The notes beneath the pieces were generated by a model. The model did not search any database and was not told the DNA's origin. It was given only the letters and a program-made list of their open reading frames with translations. The position numbers and the translations under genes are program-made. A DNA stretch of 64,000 bases, taken from the NCBI GenBank assembly GCA_964016885.1, contig OZ024742.1, positions 365,428,001 through 365,492,000 of the forward strand, read 5' to 3'. This DNA comes from Eledone cirrhosa. Taxonomy: Eukaryota. This document shows, in pieces, positions 16,794 to 31,900 of this stretch (its first letter is position 1; each line of letters begins with the position of its first letter).

Positions 16794-17213
16794 CATATTC
16801 CCAGTTACAGATCAAATACTCTGTGTTGTGAAAACTAGTTTTAGGAGGAGGAGGCGTAGTAGGAGGTGAACCAGAGAAATATCCGAGTCCCGGCGACTGT
16901 TTGGCTCAATTCTTCCAAGTGGCCGACAAATCGTGCACTGGTCACACATGCGGCACTCTTCACAATGTACGGTCAAGGGATACACATGATAAAGTACTAG
17001 ACTACATGTGCAGATTATTGCTAGCTTACCTTACTCTATCGTATTATACTTTTGATTTCGTCCGTTAGATTTTCTTTACATATATATATGTGTGTGTGTG
17101 CGTGCCCGTGTGTGCGTGTGTGAGTGTGTTTCCTTGAAGCATTATGAAATATAGGACGCAACTTTTTAGAATGCCATAATACGAGATAGACTTAAGTGTG
17201 TGTGTATGTGTGT

Positions 17214-17267
<54 letters not shown>

Positions 17268-17273
<6 letters not shown>

Positions 17274-17596
17274 ATACTTGGGGAGGGTCATATTTGTGTA
17301 ATATTGCCAGAATTAATAACAGAACACACTCACTGTTTGGTTGGTTTTCGTTTCTGTGTCTTCAATATCGGTTAATTTAATTTATTCGGTCCTCAATGTT
17401 GCCAGTCAATTGCAACATTGAGGACCGAATATATTAGATTACCGATATAAAAGACACAGAAACGAAAAGCGAAAACCAACCAAACAGCGAGCGTGTTCTG
17501 TTATTAATTCTGGCAATATTACACAAATATGACCCTCCCCAAGTATAACAATATATGTTTCGACACAAGATTTCATATAAAAAACCTCGCAAAACT
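17268..17596. mobile_element. Fold-back element in (TA)n: ~135-bp inverted arms plus ~45-bp unpaired tail; probable Penelope-like terminal fragment
   Basis: 17268-17402 (TTGTTATACTTGGGGAGGGTC...CAATGTTGC) is the reverse complement of ~17411-17551, with a few mismatches. Flanked by (TA)n. Confidence 0.75.
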
Positions 17597-17604
17597 ATAT
17601 ATAT

Positions 17605-18090
17605 AGTTTTAATATAGATGAGATTCTACAGGACTAGAACAGTTTCATTCTTTAGAAATCACCAGGAATCTGGGTATCAAAAAATAAATATGGTATTTAT
17701 AGGTCTCTTCAGGTGGTAGGAGAGGCTGGGGAGTGGGATGGGTAGAGGTCATTGGTTGATAGAAAAGGGAATTCATTAAGAGTTAATTCTTTAAAGCTAT
17801 AATTTATATTTAGAGTAACAAAGGCAGAAAGAATTCTATAAACAAGTCCAGAATGGGGTGTCACTCCTTATTTTAAAGTTTCTCTTAAGCTAACAATGCC
17901 TATATATCTGGTGTCTATAAGATCGTCGGAGGTCGGTCATGGTTGATGGATTTAAAGGAAAGGGAAATTCTTTAAAAGCTAATTCTTTAAAGTTCTACTT
18001 AGGGTGACAAAGGCCTAGAGAATTCTATAGACCAGTTCAAAATATTGAGTGCCTATCATTCCATTATATTCAAGTTTCTCTTAAGCTATA
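17605..18090 (-). mobile_element. Degenerate Penelope-like 3' remnant with a diverged internal direct repeat and a hammerhead-like motif
   Basis: 17745-17892 and 17929-18088 are diverged direct copies, both ending AAGTTTCTCTTAAGCTA. The minus strand 17626-17719 reads CTGAAGA...GAAAC-TGTTCTA-GTC. Confidence 0.45.
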
Positions 18091-18109
18091 TTCTAGGTGT
18101 CGACTGACA

Positions 18110-18320
<211 letters not shown>

Positions 18321-18772
18321 AATAGAATTAGGATTTAGCTTCATGGATAGCTCTATACAGATATGATTTAGAATTGTATATTTCTAAAGAAATACGCTAT
18401 GTTTACAGGTAAACATTTTCTTTAGAGATACGAAATTCCAATACATATCTGTATAGAGCTATGCATGAAACTAAATCCTATTTATTTTCCATTATAAGTT
18501 AAACCAACTTATACAGCTTCATACGCAAATGAGAAAAATCACCCCATTTACACAGAGGTGAAGACCATATATTCTCGCCTGTTTTCAACTGCAGCAGTCG
18601 CAAGTGAGGAAGAGATCGTCTTGATGAGAACTATTTCAGTTCATAATGCATCGGCGATTTCCCCCTTGCTTCTGCTGGACACCACCAGAGGGCGTTAGTC
18701 AAGTGTTTTGCATAGCTACGGCTTTTTAAATGTTCACCTGCAAATATACCGTATGTCTTTAGAAATATAAAA

Positions 18773-18779
<7 letters not shown>
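18321..18779 (+). mobile_element. Fold-back plus partial direct-repeat element (pLTR-like) with a degenerate hammerhead and a CTCF-like motif
   Basis: 18329-18408 is inverted against 18409-18481 and also against 18737-18779. At 18615-18658: ATCGTC-TTGATGA-GAACT/AGTTC-ATAA-TGCA-TC-GGCGAT. The element ends in (TA)n. Confidence 0.65.
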
Positions 18780-18814
<35 letters not shown>

Positions 18815-18819
<5 letters not shown>

Positions 18820-19071
18820 TTAGAATTGGTGCTCTGAAATAGCGATATATATATATGAATGTATATACAGTGTATTTTGCAATACAATGTATGCTTAATT
18901 AAAATCATTTCGAAGACATTACGCTTTTGTTTTAGAGTAGTGATAGTCTCACTTACTTGCTGAAAATGAAAGTAAGTGAGACTGTCACTACTCTAAAACA
19001 ATAGCGTAAGGTCTTCGAAATGCTTTTAATTAAGCATACAATGTATTGCAAAATACACTATATATACATTC

Positions 19072-19075
<4 letters not shown>
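18815..19075. mobile_element. Fold-back element in (TA)n (~105-bp arms, ~30-bp tail on left)
   Basis: 18846-18958 is the reverse complement of ~18970-19075 around the loop GCTGAAAATGA. Confidence 0.75.
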
Positions 19076-19103
<28 letters not shown>

Positions 19104-19116
19104 TATATATATATGT

Positions 19117-21537
19117 GAGTATTGAAGTTTGCTTGACGCATTGTGGAATAATAAGGTAAATTTCTTTGAGTCGTTTGGAAACCTCGACAATGCAGATGGG
19201 TAAATCTCCGGGTAACAAGATCCAGTGGTGGAGAGAGAGATGTAAGTGCGTGTACGTTGAAATGCGTAGCGTGTATAAGACTGTAACGTGTAGAGAATGA
19301 AGGAAAGAGCGTAAAGGATAAAAATAAAAATAACAACACGAGAAAGAGTTACCTTGGGAGATATTTAATTGTCCCTATATATTTTGGATTCACATCCATC
19401 AACTGGGCGTTTTTTCGGGGGTGGTAGGTTGTCTGTCGGAAAGGTGCGAAACGTGTCCTCCGCTGTTCGTTGTTTTCAATATCTGAGGTATTCAGCAGAG
19501 CGCGCGTGCGCGTGAAATGGGGTCATTCAGGCAGAGGTCAGCGGCCGAAGTAGTTCTTTCAATTGTGGGAGTGGGGTGGCCCTAGCTGTCAGTTCATTCT
19601 CTGCCTTTTGGTGAATGTTACTGTGTGTGTTTGTGCGTGTGTTTTTGTCTCGCTTGAGTGTGTGTGTGTGTGCGTGTGTTGTTGCCTTGTTCCTCTGTAT
19701 TGGCAGTGTAGTATGTTCGTATGGTGGAATGCTACTGTGTGTGTGTGTGTGTGTTAGTGTGTTGTTGTGTCGCTTGTGTGTGTGTGTGCGTGTGTTGCTG
19801 CATCGTTTGTTAACTTAAACCAACCGCCTCATTTTGCTTCTCTCGGATCGGTTGTTTAATTGTGGCCCTAGACGTTTGATCCAAAGTGTTTCCTTGATAC
19901 GTAACGTGCCGACGTTTCTTTCTGTCGCTAGAATTGTGACAATGGGCCTTCCGTCTTTATTTCCGCATTTGGCAATGGTTTCCAGAAGACGAGGCCCTGG
20001 TTTTAGTGTATTTCTTGATCCGGATGTGCAACGGCCGGATTGTGCTACCTATATAGTATTGGTTGCACTTGTTAAATTCTACCTTATACACGACGTATGT
20101 GCGTAGGCAGTACGCATGGCGCATCGGGCAGTCTCTGAGGGAGCACGCGTCAGTTGATTTCCCGGGTTTCCTGGAGAGGCATCTTCGCAGGGAGGGGCCC
20201 GAGTGGGCCAGGTGGATGTCGAGACCCTCCCTCCGCATAGCCTTGCGTCTAGCGTTGGTGGTATACTCGCCCAGGTGTTGCATTTTAAGGAAGCACTTGC
20301 CTTTGGTGCCTCTCTGTCTCTTGTGTCTGGTGTTTCCTACTCTGTCTGTGAGCGAGGTAGGGTACCCGTTCGTCTCCAGCACCTCGAGGAATCGCTTGGT
20401 ATGAGTGACACCACTCGCGGGATCGCTGCATATGTTTTTGATTCGCGCGATCTCGTTCGTGATGTATCCTCTTTTGGCACTGTTAGGGAGGGCCGATTTG
20501 TAGTAGACGAACAGGTCCCTGCAGGCTGCCTTTCGGTAGAAGTTGCAGTGGATCCCTCCCTGTTCCGTGATGTTGATTCGGAAGTCGAGGAGGGAAAGTG
20601 ACCCGTCTTCGTTGGGGTGTTCAACACTGAAGTCAATGCTCTCGTCCGTGTTGTTGAACGTCTCTTAGATTCTGTTCGCCATGTCTTGGGAAGATCTGAG
20701 GATGAGGATATCGTCCACGTACCTTGAGAAAAAGGCGACGGCGTTGGGGTGGCATGCGTTGAGTGCCTTGCGCTCGAGGCTGTCCATGTAAGAGATCGCT
20801 AGCATACCCGACAGGCTTGATCCCATGGGCAGTCCCGAGGTTTGTTGGTATGTTTGGTCAAGGAATCAGAAGTAGGTGTTGTCGACGACGATGGATAGGA
20901 GTTGGTGGATGTCAGTGGTGGTGAGCCCAAAGCAGCAACACATGCACACACACACACACAAGCGAGACAGCTACACACGCACACGCACACGCACACACAC
21001 ACACACAGTAGCATTACACCATACGAACATACTACACTGCCAATACAGAGGAACAAGGCAACAACACACGCACACAGACACACACTCAAGCGAGACAACA
21101 ACACACGCACAAACACACACAGTAACATTCACCAAACAGGCAGAGAATGGACTGACGGCAAGCGCCACCCCACTCCCACAATTGAAAGAACTACTTTGGC
21201 CGCTGACCTCTGCCTGACCGACCCCATTTCACGCGCACGCGCGCTCTGCTGAATACCTCAGATATTGAAGACAACCCCCCCCCCCCCCCCGAAAAAACGC
21301 CCAGTTGATGGATGTGAATCCAAAATATATAGGGACAATTAAATCTCTCCCAAGGTAACTCTTTCTCGTGTTATTTTTATTTTTATCCTTTACGCTCTTT
21401 CCTTCATTCTCTACACGTTACAGTCTTATACACGCTGCGCATCTCAACGTACACCCACTTACATCTCTCTCTCCACCACTGGATCTTGTTACCCGGAGAT
21501 TTACCCATCTGCATTGTCGAGGCTTCCAAACGACTTA
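19117..21537 (-). mobile_element. Penelope-like retroelement copy 1, 5'-truncated, with inverted pLTR
   Basis: RT plus GIY-YIG coding remnant at 19815-20932. The segment 20933-21537 is an inverted copy of ~19178-19801. (TA)n lies on both sides. Confidence 0.93.
19815..20932 (-). pseudogene. Penelope-like reverse transcriptase (C-terminal half, thumb) plus GIY-YIG endonuclease, disrupted
   Basis: Manual translation gives ...NTYF*FLDQTYQQTSGLPMGSSLSGMLA...FSRYVDDILIL (YVDD at 20710-20721)...FSVEHPNEDGSLSLLDF...YVVYKVEFNKCNQYYIGSTIRPLHIRI. Stops at 20866-20868 (TGA) and 20665-20667 (TAA). Frameshift near 19970-19990 relative to copy 2. Confidence 0.93.
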
Positions 21538-21558
21538 AATATATATATATATATATAT

Positions 21559-22978
21559 GTGATATATTTTCTTTAGGTTGTTTTGGAAGCCTCAACAATC
21601 CAGATGGGTAATTCTCCGAGTAACAAGATCCAGTGGTGGAGAGAGAGATGTAAGTGAATGTAGAATGAGATGTATAGTGTGTAGAAGGTAGGAAAGAGCG
21701 TAAAAAATAAAAATAATAACACGAGATAGAGTTACCTTGGAAGAGATTTATTTGTCCCTATATATTTCGGATTCGCATCAATCAACTGGGGAGGGGGGTT
21801 TCAGGGGGGGTATCTGTCGGATAGGTGCGAAACGTGTCCTCCGATGTTCGTTGTTTTGAATATAACTGTGGTAATCAGCAGAACGCGCGCGGGTGAAATA
21901 GGGTCGGTCAACCAGAGGTCGAGCGGCCGAAATAGTTCTTTTAATTGTGGGAGTGGGGTAGCGTTAGCTGTCAATCCATTGTATTATCTACCAGTGCTGG
22001 TTTCTGTATTAGTAGTGTTGAATAGTGTGTGGTGGTGGTAGTATTCTCTGTCTGTTTGGTGAATGCTACTGTGTGTGTGTGTGTGTTCGTGTGTTGTCTC
22101 GCTTGTGTGTGTGTGTGCATGTGTTATTGCCTCGTTTGTCTGTATTAGCAGTGTAGTATATTCGTATGGTGGAATGCTAATGTGTGTCTGTTGTTGTGTC
22201 GCTTGTGTGTGCGTGTGTGCGCGTATTGTTGCATCGTTTGTTAACTTAAACCAACCACCTCATTTCTCTTCTCTTGGATCGGTTATTTATTTGTGGGCCT
22301 AGGCGTTTGATCCAAAGTGCTTCCTTGATACGTAACGTGCCGATATTTCGTTCCGTCGCTAGAAATGTGACAATGGGCCTTCCGTCTTTGTTTCCGCATT
22401 TGGTTATGTGTTTCCGGAAAGACGAGGCCCTGGTGTTGATGTGCTCCTTGATCTGGATGTGTAGCGGCCGGATTGTGCTACCTATATAGTAGTGGTTGCA
22501 CTTGTTACATTCTACCTTATACACGACGTATGTGCGTAGGCACCAGTTCGTATGGCGCATTGGGCAGTTTCTGAGGGAGCACGCGTCAGTCGATTTTCCG
22601 GGTTTCCTGGAGAGGCATCTTCGCAGGGAGGAGCCCAAGTGGGCCAGGTGGATGTCGAGGCTTCCCTCCGTATAGCCTTGGGGATAGCATTGGTGGTATT
22701 CTCGCCCAGGTGTGGTATTTTAAGGAAGCATTTGCCTTGGGTGTTTCTCTGCTCTCTCCCAAGGTAATTCTATCTCGTGTTATTATTTTTATTTTTTACG
22801 CTCTTTCCTACGTTCTTCTACACACTATACATTTCATTCTACATTCACTTACATCTCTCTCTTCACCACCGGATCTTGTTACTCGGAGAATTACCCATCT
22901 GCATTGTTGAGGCTTCCAAAACGTCCTAAAAAATATATCTTATTATTCCACAATGCTTCAAGCAAACTTAAATGCTCT

Positions 22979-22980
<2 letters not shown>
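21559..22980 (-). mobile_element. Penelope-like retroelement copy 2 (same family, diverged): endonuclease region plus inverted terminal repeat
   Basis: 21560-22750 is homologous to 19155-20315. 22752-22980 is an inverted copy of the terminus and runs into (TA)n at 22981. Confidence 0.92.
22246..22638 (-). pseudogene. GIY-YIG endonuclease domain of a Penelope-like element (open frame, no RT, no real start)
   Basis: CSLRNCPMRHTNWC-LRTYVVYKVECNKCNHYYIGSTIRPLHIQIKEH...H...C...RIKEALWIKRLGPQIN shows the VVY/YIG motifs, the R..EH region, the catalytic E in EA, the terminal N and a CxxC..H..H zinc finger. Confidence 0.9.
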
Positions 22981-23072
<92 letters not shown>

Positions 23073-23347
23073 TATATATAGATATATATATATATATATA
23101 GATATTAGAAAGTGGTTTTTTTTTACAAAATGAAAAATAACCGAGGTGTCCTACACGAGTGAAAGTATAAAGAAAAAAAGATGAAATCGAAAATGCAACT
23201 GGAATCTTATTTTAAAATATATATATATATTTATTTGGTTCCTTTACCGTTTCGGAGTTCTACTGCTTTTCAAAAGTAGAGTTGAGATGGAGGGTCTGTG
23301 ATTTTTCTCACATCTGAGAAAAACCACAACCCTCCATCTCAACTCTA

Positions 23348-23383
23348 CTTTTGAAAAGCAGAAGAACTGCGAAACCGGTAAAG
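23348..23383 (+). ncRNA. Minimal type I hammerhead ribozyme, U3-A8 core variant
   Basis: CTT-TTGAAAA-GCAG(AAGAA)CTGC-GAAA-CCGG-TA-AAG gives stem I CTT/AAG, stem II GCAG/CTGC and a palindromic stem III ACCGGT. Confidence 0.65.
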
Positions 23384-23551
23384 GAACCAAATAAATACAT
23401 ATATATTTTTTTAAAGATAAGACTCCAGTTGCATTTTCCATTTCATCTTTTTTTCTTTATATATATATATATATATATAAAGAAAAAGAGATGAGATCGA
23501 AAATGCAACTGGAGTCTTATATTTAAAAAAAATATATATATTTATTTGGTT

Positions 23552-23589
23552 CCTTTACCGGTTTCGCAGTTCTTCTGCTTTTCAAAAGG
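23552..23589 (-). ncRNA. Minimal type I hammerhead ribozyme, U3-A8 core variant
   Basis: Minus strand: CCTT-TTGAAAA-GCAG(AAGAA)CTGC-GAAA-CCGG-TA-AAGG. Confidence 0.7.
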
Positions 23590-23629
23590 TGAGTTGAGAT
23601 GGAGGGACTGTGGTTTAAAAAAACCTCAC

Positions 23630-23727
<98 letters not shown>

Positions 23728-23730
23728 ATA

Positions 23731-26802
<3,072 letters not shown>

Positions 26803-26865
26803 TATCCAATATCGAGTACTTTGGTGCGTTATGGTCCAGCTGGTTACTTACCACACTTCCTTCGT

Positions 26866-26896
<31 letters not shown>

Positions 26897-26949
26897 CCGA
26901 AGATTACGATTGTATTTTAATATATATAGTCAATATTGTAGTAAAAAAT

Positions 26950-27109
26950 AATTGTTTCTACTTTTGTACCCAGTACATTACTGGTACTTTATTTTACCGA
27001 CCTCGTAAGGATGAAAGGCAAAGTTAACCTCGACAGGATTTGAACTCAGACCGTAAAGGGACATAACTATGCTGGAAAGCATGTGGTCCGACCCTCTACC
27101 GATACTGCC
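26950..27109 (-). mobile_element. tRNA-derived SINE family A (Meta-domain-like core)
   Basis: Minus strand: GGCAGTATCGGTAGAG (A-box-like)...GAGTTCAAATCC (B box)...TTTGCCTTTCATCCTTACGAGGTCGGTAAAATAAAGTACCAGT. Multiple copies occur in the window. Confidence 0.8.
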
Positions 27110-27232
27110 GTGAGTGTTAGAAGGGGAGATTATGTTGTATAGCAGGTATAAAGTCGTATCAACAGAGACTGTTACAATCTGACGAAACTGGAGAGAATGT
27201 TCTAAATTAGGAATCTATTGTCAGTAGGTAGA

Positions 27233-27480
27233 GTAAAGGTGCATGGCTTAGTGGGGCTTGCGATCGAAAGGTTGTGAGATCAATTCTCAGACCGGGTGAT
27301 GTGTTGTTTCCTTGAGCAAGACACTTTATTTCACGTTGCTCCAGTTTATTCAGCTGTAGAAATGAGATGATAGGACTGGGGTCTCTATAATTAAATCACC
27401 CAAGACACCTCCAATGAGATATACCTTGGAGGAGGCCAGCTAAACCTACATAAGTGTGAGCTGTAACAACAACAATAACA
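27233..27480 (+). mobile_element. tRNA-derived SINE family B (CORE-like domain, (CAA)n tail)
   Basis: TGGCTTAGTGG A box, degenerate B box, TCCTTGAGCAAGACACTT core and tail ACAACAACAATAACA. AGGTAGA(GT) occurs on both sides. An inverted homolog lies at 46753-47006. Confidence 0.8.
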
Positions 27481-27629
27481 GGTAGAGTGAAGGCCATACC
27501 TGAGGTGCTCAACAGCTGCATTTCCCGATGTCAATTCCCACCGGAATGATTGTTTCACCATGTTTCCGGTTCACCTCCTTCTCACTTCCAATACCGCTAA
27601 GGTCAAATTGACCTTTCATCGTTTCCAAG

Positions 27630-27812
27630 GCAAGCAATTAGGGGGGAAGAGAATGTCGATTAAATCGACCCCAGTGAGTGACTGGTACTTTATTTTATCG
27701 ACCCCGTAAGGATGAATGGCAAAGTTAACCGTGGCGGGATTTGAACTCAGATCATAAAGAGCCGTAACTCTATGCTGCAAAGCATGGTGTCCGACCCTCT
27801 ACCGATACTGCC
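27630..27812 (-). mobile_element. SINE family A copy
   Basis: ACTGGTACTTTATTTTATCGACCCCGTAAGGATGAA...GGATTTGAACTCAG...CTCTACCGATACTGCC matches 26980-27109. Confidence 0.8.
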
Positions 27813-28621
27813 CTCTAACAGAAATAACGCCGCGTTCAATAGATCGATTGATCAAAAGTGCAAAATGAGTAGAAATACCCCAGCTGTGATACAACTAGAT
27901 AATTCCCGCTCTCTTCGGTGGTATCATCCTATCTCCAGCTTGTCAATAAATAATTGGGGAAATTACAAATTCACATAACATTACAACATTTCAAATGTTA
28001 GTCCTGTTATCATCGCTAGTCATGTCTCGTGGTTAATTCGATTAGTGAATTAGTGAATATCTATGAGGCGTTCTCTCTCTATCTGACGACCTAGCTCACA
28101 TGTATACATGCCTGTCGAATGTGGCTATAGTTTAATCCATGTTACACACGCGCACACACTATATATCCCACCACCACCCCACTCGTGAACCTAATACCAA
28201 CACTGTTTCTACTGAACTCTTTGTTATTGTTTTTGTTTTTTTGCTTTTGACTTATATATATATATGTGTGTGCGTGTGTGTGTGTATGTGTGTGTATGTG
28301 TGTGTATGTGGGTGTGTGTAAGCATGACCTTTATTGCTCCGATCATTCTACAAACACAGTAAACCTAACACCAGTCTCTACTCCCGATTCCTGCTAAATC
28401 AAACCGTACTCATCCTCCAAATTATCTAATCAGACGTGGACCCCCACCTCCCAAACTCGGCATATGTAACCACAACAGCTGTCAAAGGGAGATGACTTTG
28501 TTTCCACTAACAGGAGAATCTAAACTTTATACATGGGTAGAGTGAAATATATTCAAGTACAGTTGTGGAGGTATAAGGGTGATCGAGGATCAACACTTTC
28601 ATGTTTAACTGCAGCTAAACA

Positions 28622-28699
28622 CGAAGTGTCCCCTAAAAATGTATACACAAAATTATTAAAATGATGTTGAAGTGTGTATACATTTTGGCGGACACCCTG
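28622..28699. mobile_element. ~80-bp MITE-like element with Tc1/mariner-type terminal inverted repeats
   Basis: The right end reverse complements to CAGGGTGTCCGCCAAAATGTATACAC. The left end is CGAAGTGTCCCCTAAAAATGTATACAC. Confidence 0.55.
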
Positions 28700-28962
28700 T
28701 GTATATATTAGTATTAAGAATCTAGGAGAGCTGGACGCCAGAAGATCTTCAAGGAAGAAAATCCTTCACGCAGGTGTTAAGACCCTTACTTGTTATACTC
28801 TAAGGGGACTGGGCCACATCCAGGTCATGACTCCTGTGTGACTTTCTGCTGACATATTTTAATCACTTGGATATCGGAGACCTATTTTGCATTTACACCG
28901 TATGGAGATTTTGTTGACAAGGTCTAGCTGGGATTGCCTAAGTTTAAAGTATAGACAAGTAT

Positions 28963-31900
28963 CGTTGGTAGTGATGGTAGCAGTGAGACGTCAACAGTGT
29001 CATAACGTTGGTAGTAATGGTAGGAGTGAGACGTCAACTGTGTCATAACGTTGGTAGTGATGGTAGCAGTGAGATGTCAACAGTGTCATAACGTTGGTAG
29101 TAATGGTAGGAGACGTCAACAGTGTCATAACGTTGGTAGTGATGGTAGCAGTGAGACGTCAACAGTGTCATAACGTTGGTAGTGATGGTAGGAGTGAGAC
29201 GTCAACAGTGTCATAACGTTGGTAGTGATGGTAGGAGTGAGACGTCAGCAGTGTCATAACGTTGGTAGTGATGATAACAGTGAGACGTCAACAGTGTCAT
29301 AACGTTGGTTGTGATGGTAGGAGTGAGACGTCAACAGTGTCATAACGTTGGTAGTGATGGTAACAGTGAGACATCAACAGTGTCATAATGTTGGTAGTAA
29401 TGGTAGGAGTCAGACGTAAACAATGTCATAACGTTGGTAGTGATGGTAGGAGTGAGACGTCAACAGTGTCATAACGTTGGTAGTGATGATAACAGTGAGA
29501 CGTCAACAGTGTCATAACGTTGGTTGTGATGGTAGGAGTGAGACGTCAACAGTGTCATAACGTTGGTAGTGATGGTAGCAGTGAGACGTCAACAGTGTCA
29601 TAACGTTGGTAGTGATGGTAGGAGTGAGACGTCAACAGTGTCATAACGTTGGTAGTGCTGGTAGCAGTGAGACGTCAACAGTGTCATAACGTTGGTAGTG
29701 ATGGTAGCAGTGAGACGTCAACAGTGTCATAACGTTTGTAGTGCTTGTAGCAGTGAGACGTCAACAGTGTCATAACGTTGGTAGTGATGGTAGGAGTGAG
29801 ACGTCAACAGTGTCATAACGTTGGTAGTGATGGTAGGAGTGAGACGTCAACAGTGTCATAACGTTGGTAGTGATGGTAGGAGTGAGACGTCAACAGTGTC
29901 ATAACGTTGATAGTGATGGTAGGAGTGAGACGTCAACAGTGTCATAACGTTGGTAGTAATGGTAGGAGACGTCAACAGTGTCATAACGTTGGTAGTGATG
30001 GTAGGAGTGAGACGTCAACAGTGTCATAACGTTGGTAGTAATGGTAGGAGACGTCAACAGTGTCATAACGTTGGTAGTGATGGTAGCAGTGAGACGTCAA
30101 CAGTGTCATAACGTTGGTAGTGATGGTAGGAGTGAGACGTCAACAGTGTCATAACGTTGGTAGTGATGGTAGGAGTGAGACGTCAACAGTGTCATAACGT
30201 TGGTAGTGATGATAACAGTGAGACGTCAACAGTGTCATAACGTTTGTAGTGCTTGTAGCAGTGAGACGTCAACAGTGTCATAACGTTGGTAGTGATGGTA
30301 GGAGTGAGACGTCAACAGTGTCATAACGTTGGTAGTGATGGTAGGAGTGAGACGTCAACAGTGTCATAACGTTGGTAGTGATGGTAGGAGTGAGACGTCA
30401 ACAGTGTCAAAACGTTGATAGTGATGGTAGGAGTGAGACGTCAACAGTGTCATAACGTTGGTAGTAATGGTAGGAGACGTCAACAGTGTCATAACGTTGG
30501 TAGTGATGGTAGCAGTGAGACGTCAACAGTGTCATAACGTTGGTAGTAATGGTAGGAGACGTCAACAGTGTAATAACGTTGGTAGTGATGGTAGCAGTGA
30601 GACGTCAACAGTGTCATAACGTTGGTAGTGATGGTAGGAGTGAGACGTCAACAGTGTCATAACGTTGGTAGTGCTGGTAGGAGTGAGACGTCAACAGTGT
30701 CATAACGTTGGTAGTGATGATAACAGTGAGACGTCAACAGTGTCATAACGTTGGTTGTGATGGTAGGAGTGAGACGTCAACAGTGTCATAACGTTGGTAG
30801 TGATGGTAACAGTGAGACATCAACAGTGTCATAATGTTGGTAGTAATGGTAGGAGTCAGACGTAAACAATGTCATAACGTTGGTAGTGATGGTAGGAGTG
30901 AGACGTCAACAGTGTCATAACGTTGGTAGTGATGATAACAGTGAGACGTCAACAGTGTCATAACGTTGGTTGTGATGGTAGGAGTGAGACGTCAACAGTG
31001 TCATAACGTTGGTAGTGATGGTAGCAGTGAGACGTCAACAGTGTCATAACGTTGGTAGTGATGGTAGGAGTGAGACGTCAACAGTGTCATAACGTTGGTA
31101 GTAATGGTAGGAATCAGACGTCAACAGTGTCTTAACTTTGGTAGTGATGGTAGGAGTCAGATGTCAACAGTGTCATAACGTTGGTAGTGATGGTAGGAGT
31201 GATACGTCTACAGTGTCATAACGTTTGTAGTGATGGTAACAGTGAGACGTCAACAGTGTAATAACGTTGGTAGTGATGGTAGCAGTGAGACGTCAACAGT
31301 GTCATAACGTTGGTAGTGATGGTAGCAGTGAGACGTCAACAGTGTCATAACGTTGGTAGTGATGGTAGGAGTGAGACGTCAACAGTGTCATAACGTTGGT
31401 AGTGATGGTAGCAGTGAGACGTCAACAGTGTCATAACGTTGGTAGTGATGGTAGCAGTGGGATGTCAACAGTGTCATAACGTTTGTAGTGCTTGTAGCAG
31501 TGAGACGTCAACAGTGTCATAACGTTGGTAGTGATGGTAGGAGTGAGACGTCAACAGTGTCATAACGTTGGTAGTGATGGTAGGAGTGAGACGTCAACAG
31601 TGTCATAACGTTGGTAGTGATGGTAGGAGTGAGACGTCAACAGTGTCATAACGTTGATAGTGATGGTAGGAGTGAGACGTCAACAGTGTCATAACGTTGG
31701 TAGTAATGGTAGGAGACGTCAACAGTGTCATAACGTTGGTAGTGATGGTAGGAGTGAGACGTCAACAGTGTCATAACGTTGGTAGTAATGGTAGGAGACG
31801 TCAACAGTGTCATAACGTTGGTAGTGATGGTAGCAGTGAGACGTCAACAGTGTCATAACGTTGGTAGTGATGGTAGGAGTGAGACGTCAACAGTGTCATA

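Larger units (their letters stand above)
23101..23636. mobile_element. Fold-back element plus a third copy of the arm, carrying U3-A8 hammerhead motifs
   Basis: 23166-23310 is inverted against 23315-23460. 23478-23612 repeats the left arm. 23617-23636 is the reverse complement of the tail tip at 23103-23123. Confidence 0.8.

Noticed and set aside
16794-16990. GC-richer unique segment after the satellite, with a Cys-rich minus frame (HCEECRMCDQC)
   Set aside because: Short, with no start or splice support and no recognisable domain. It may be a decayed LINE fragment, but I cannot support that.
19440-19500. GAAAC-GT-GTC half-hammerhead in the coding Penelope pLTR (also ~21829)
   Set aside because: No upstream CTGANGA/TTGANAA core or closing stems were found, and it is antisense to the ORF. 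Not called as a ribozyme.
28725-28945. Possible exon just before the 43-bp satellite
   Set aside because: Splice-like dinucleotides exist, but the minus-strand frames hit stops and the plus-strand candidate is short with weak sites.
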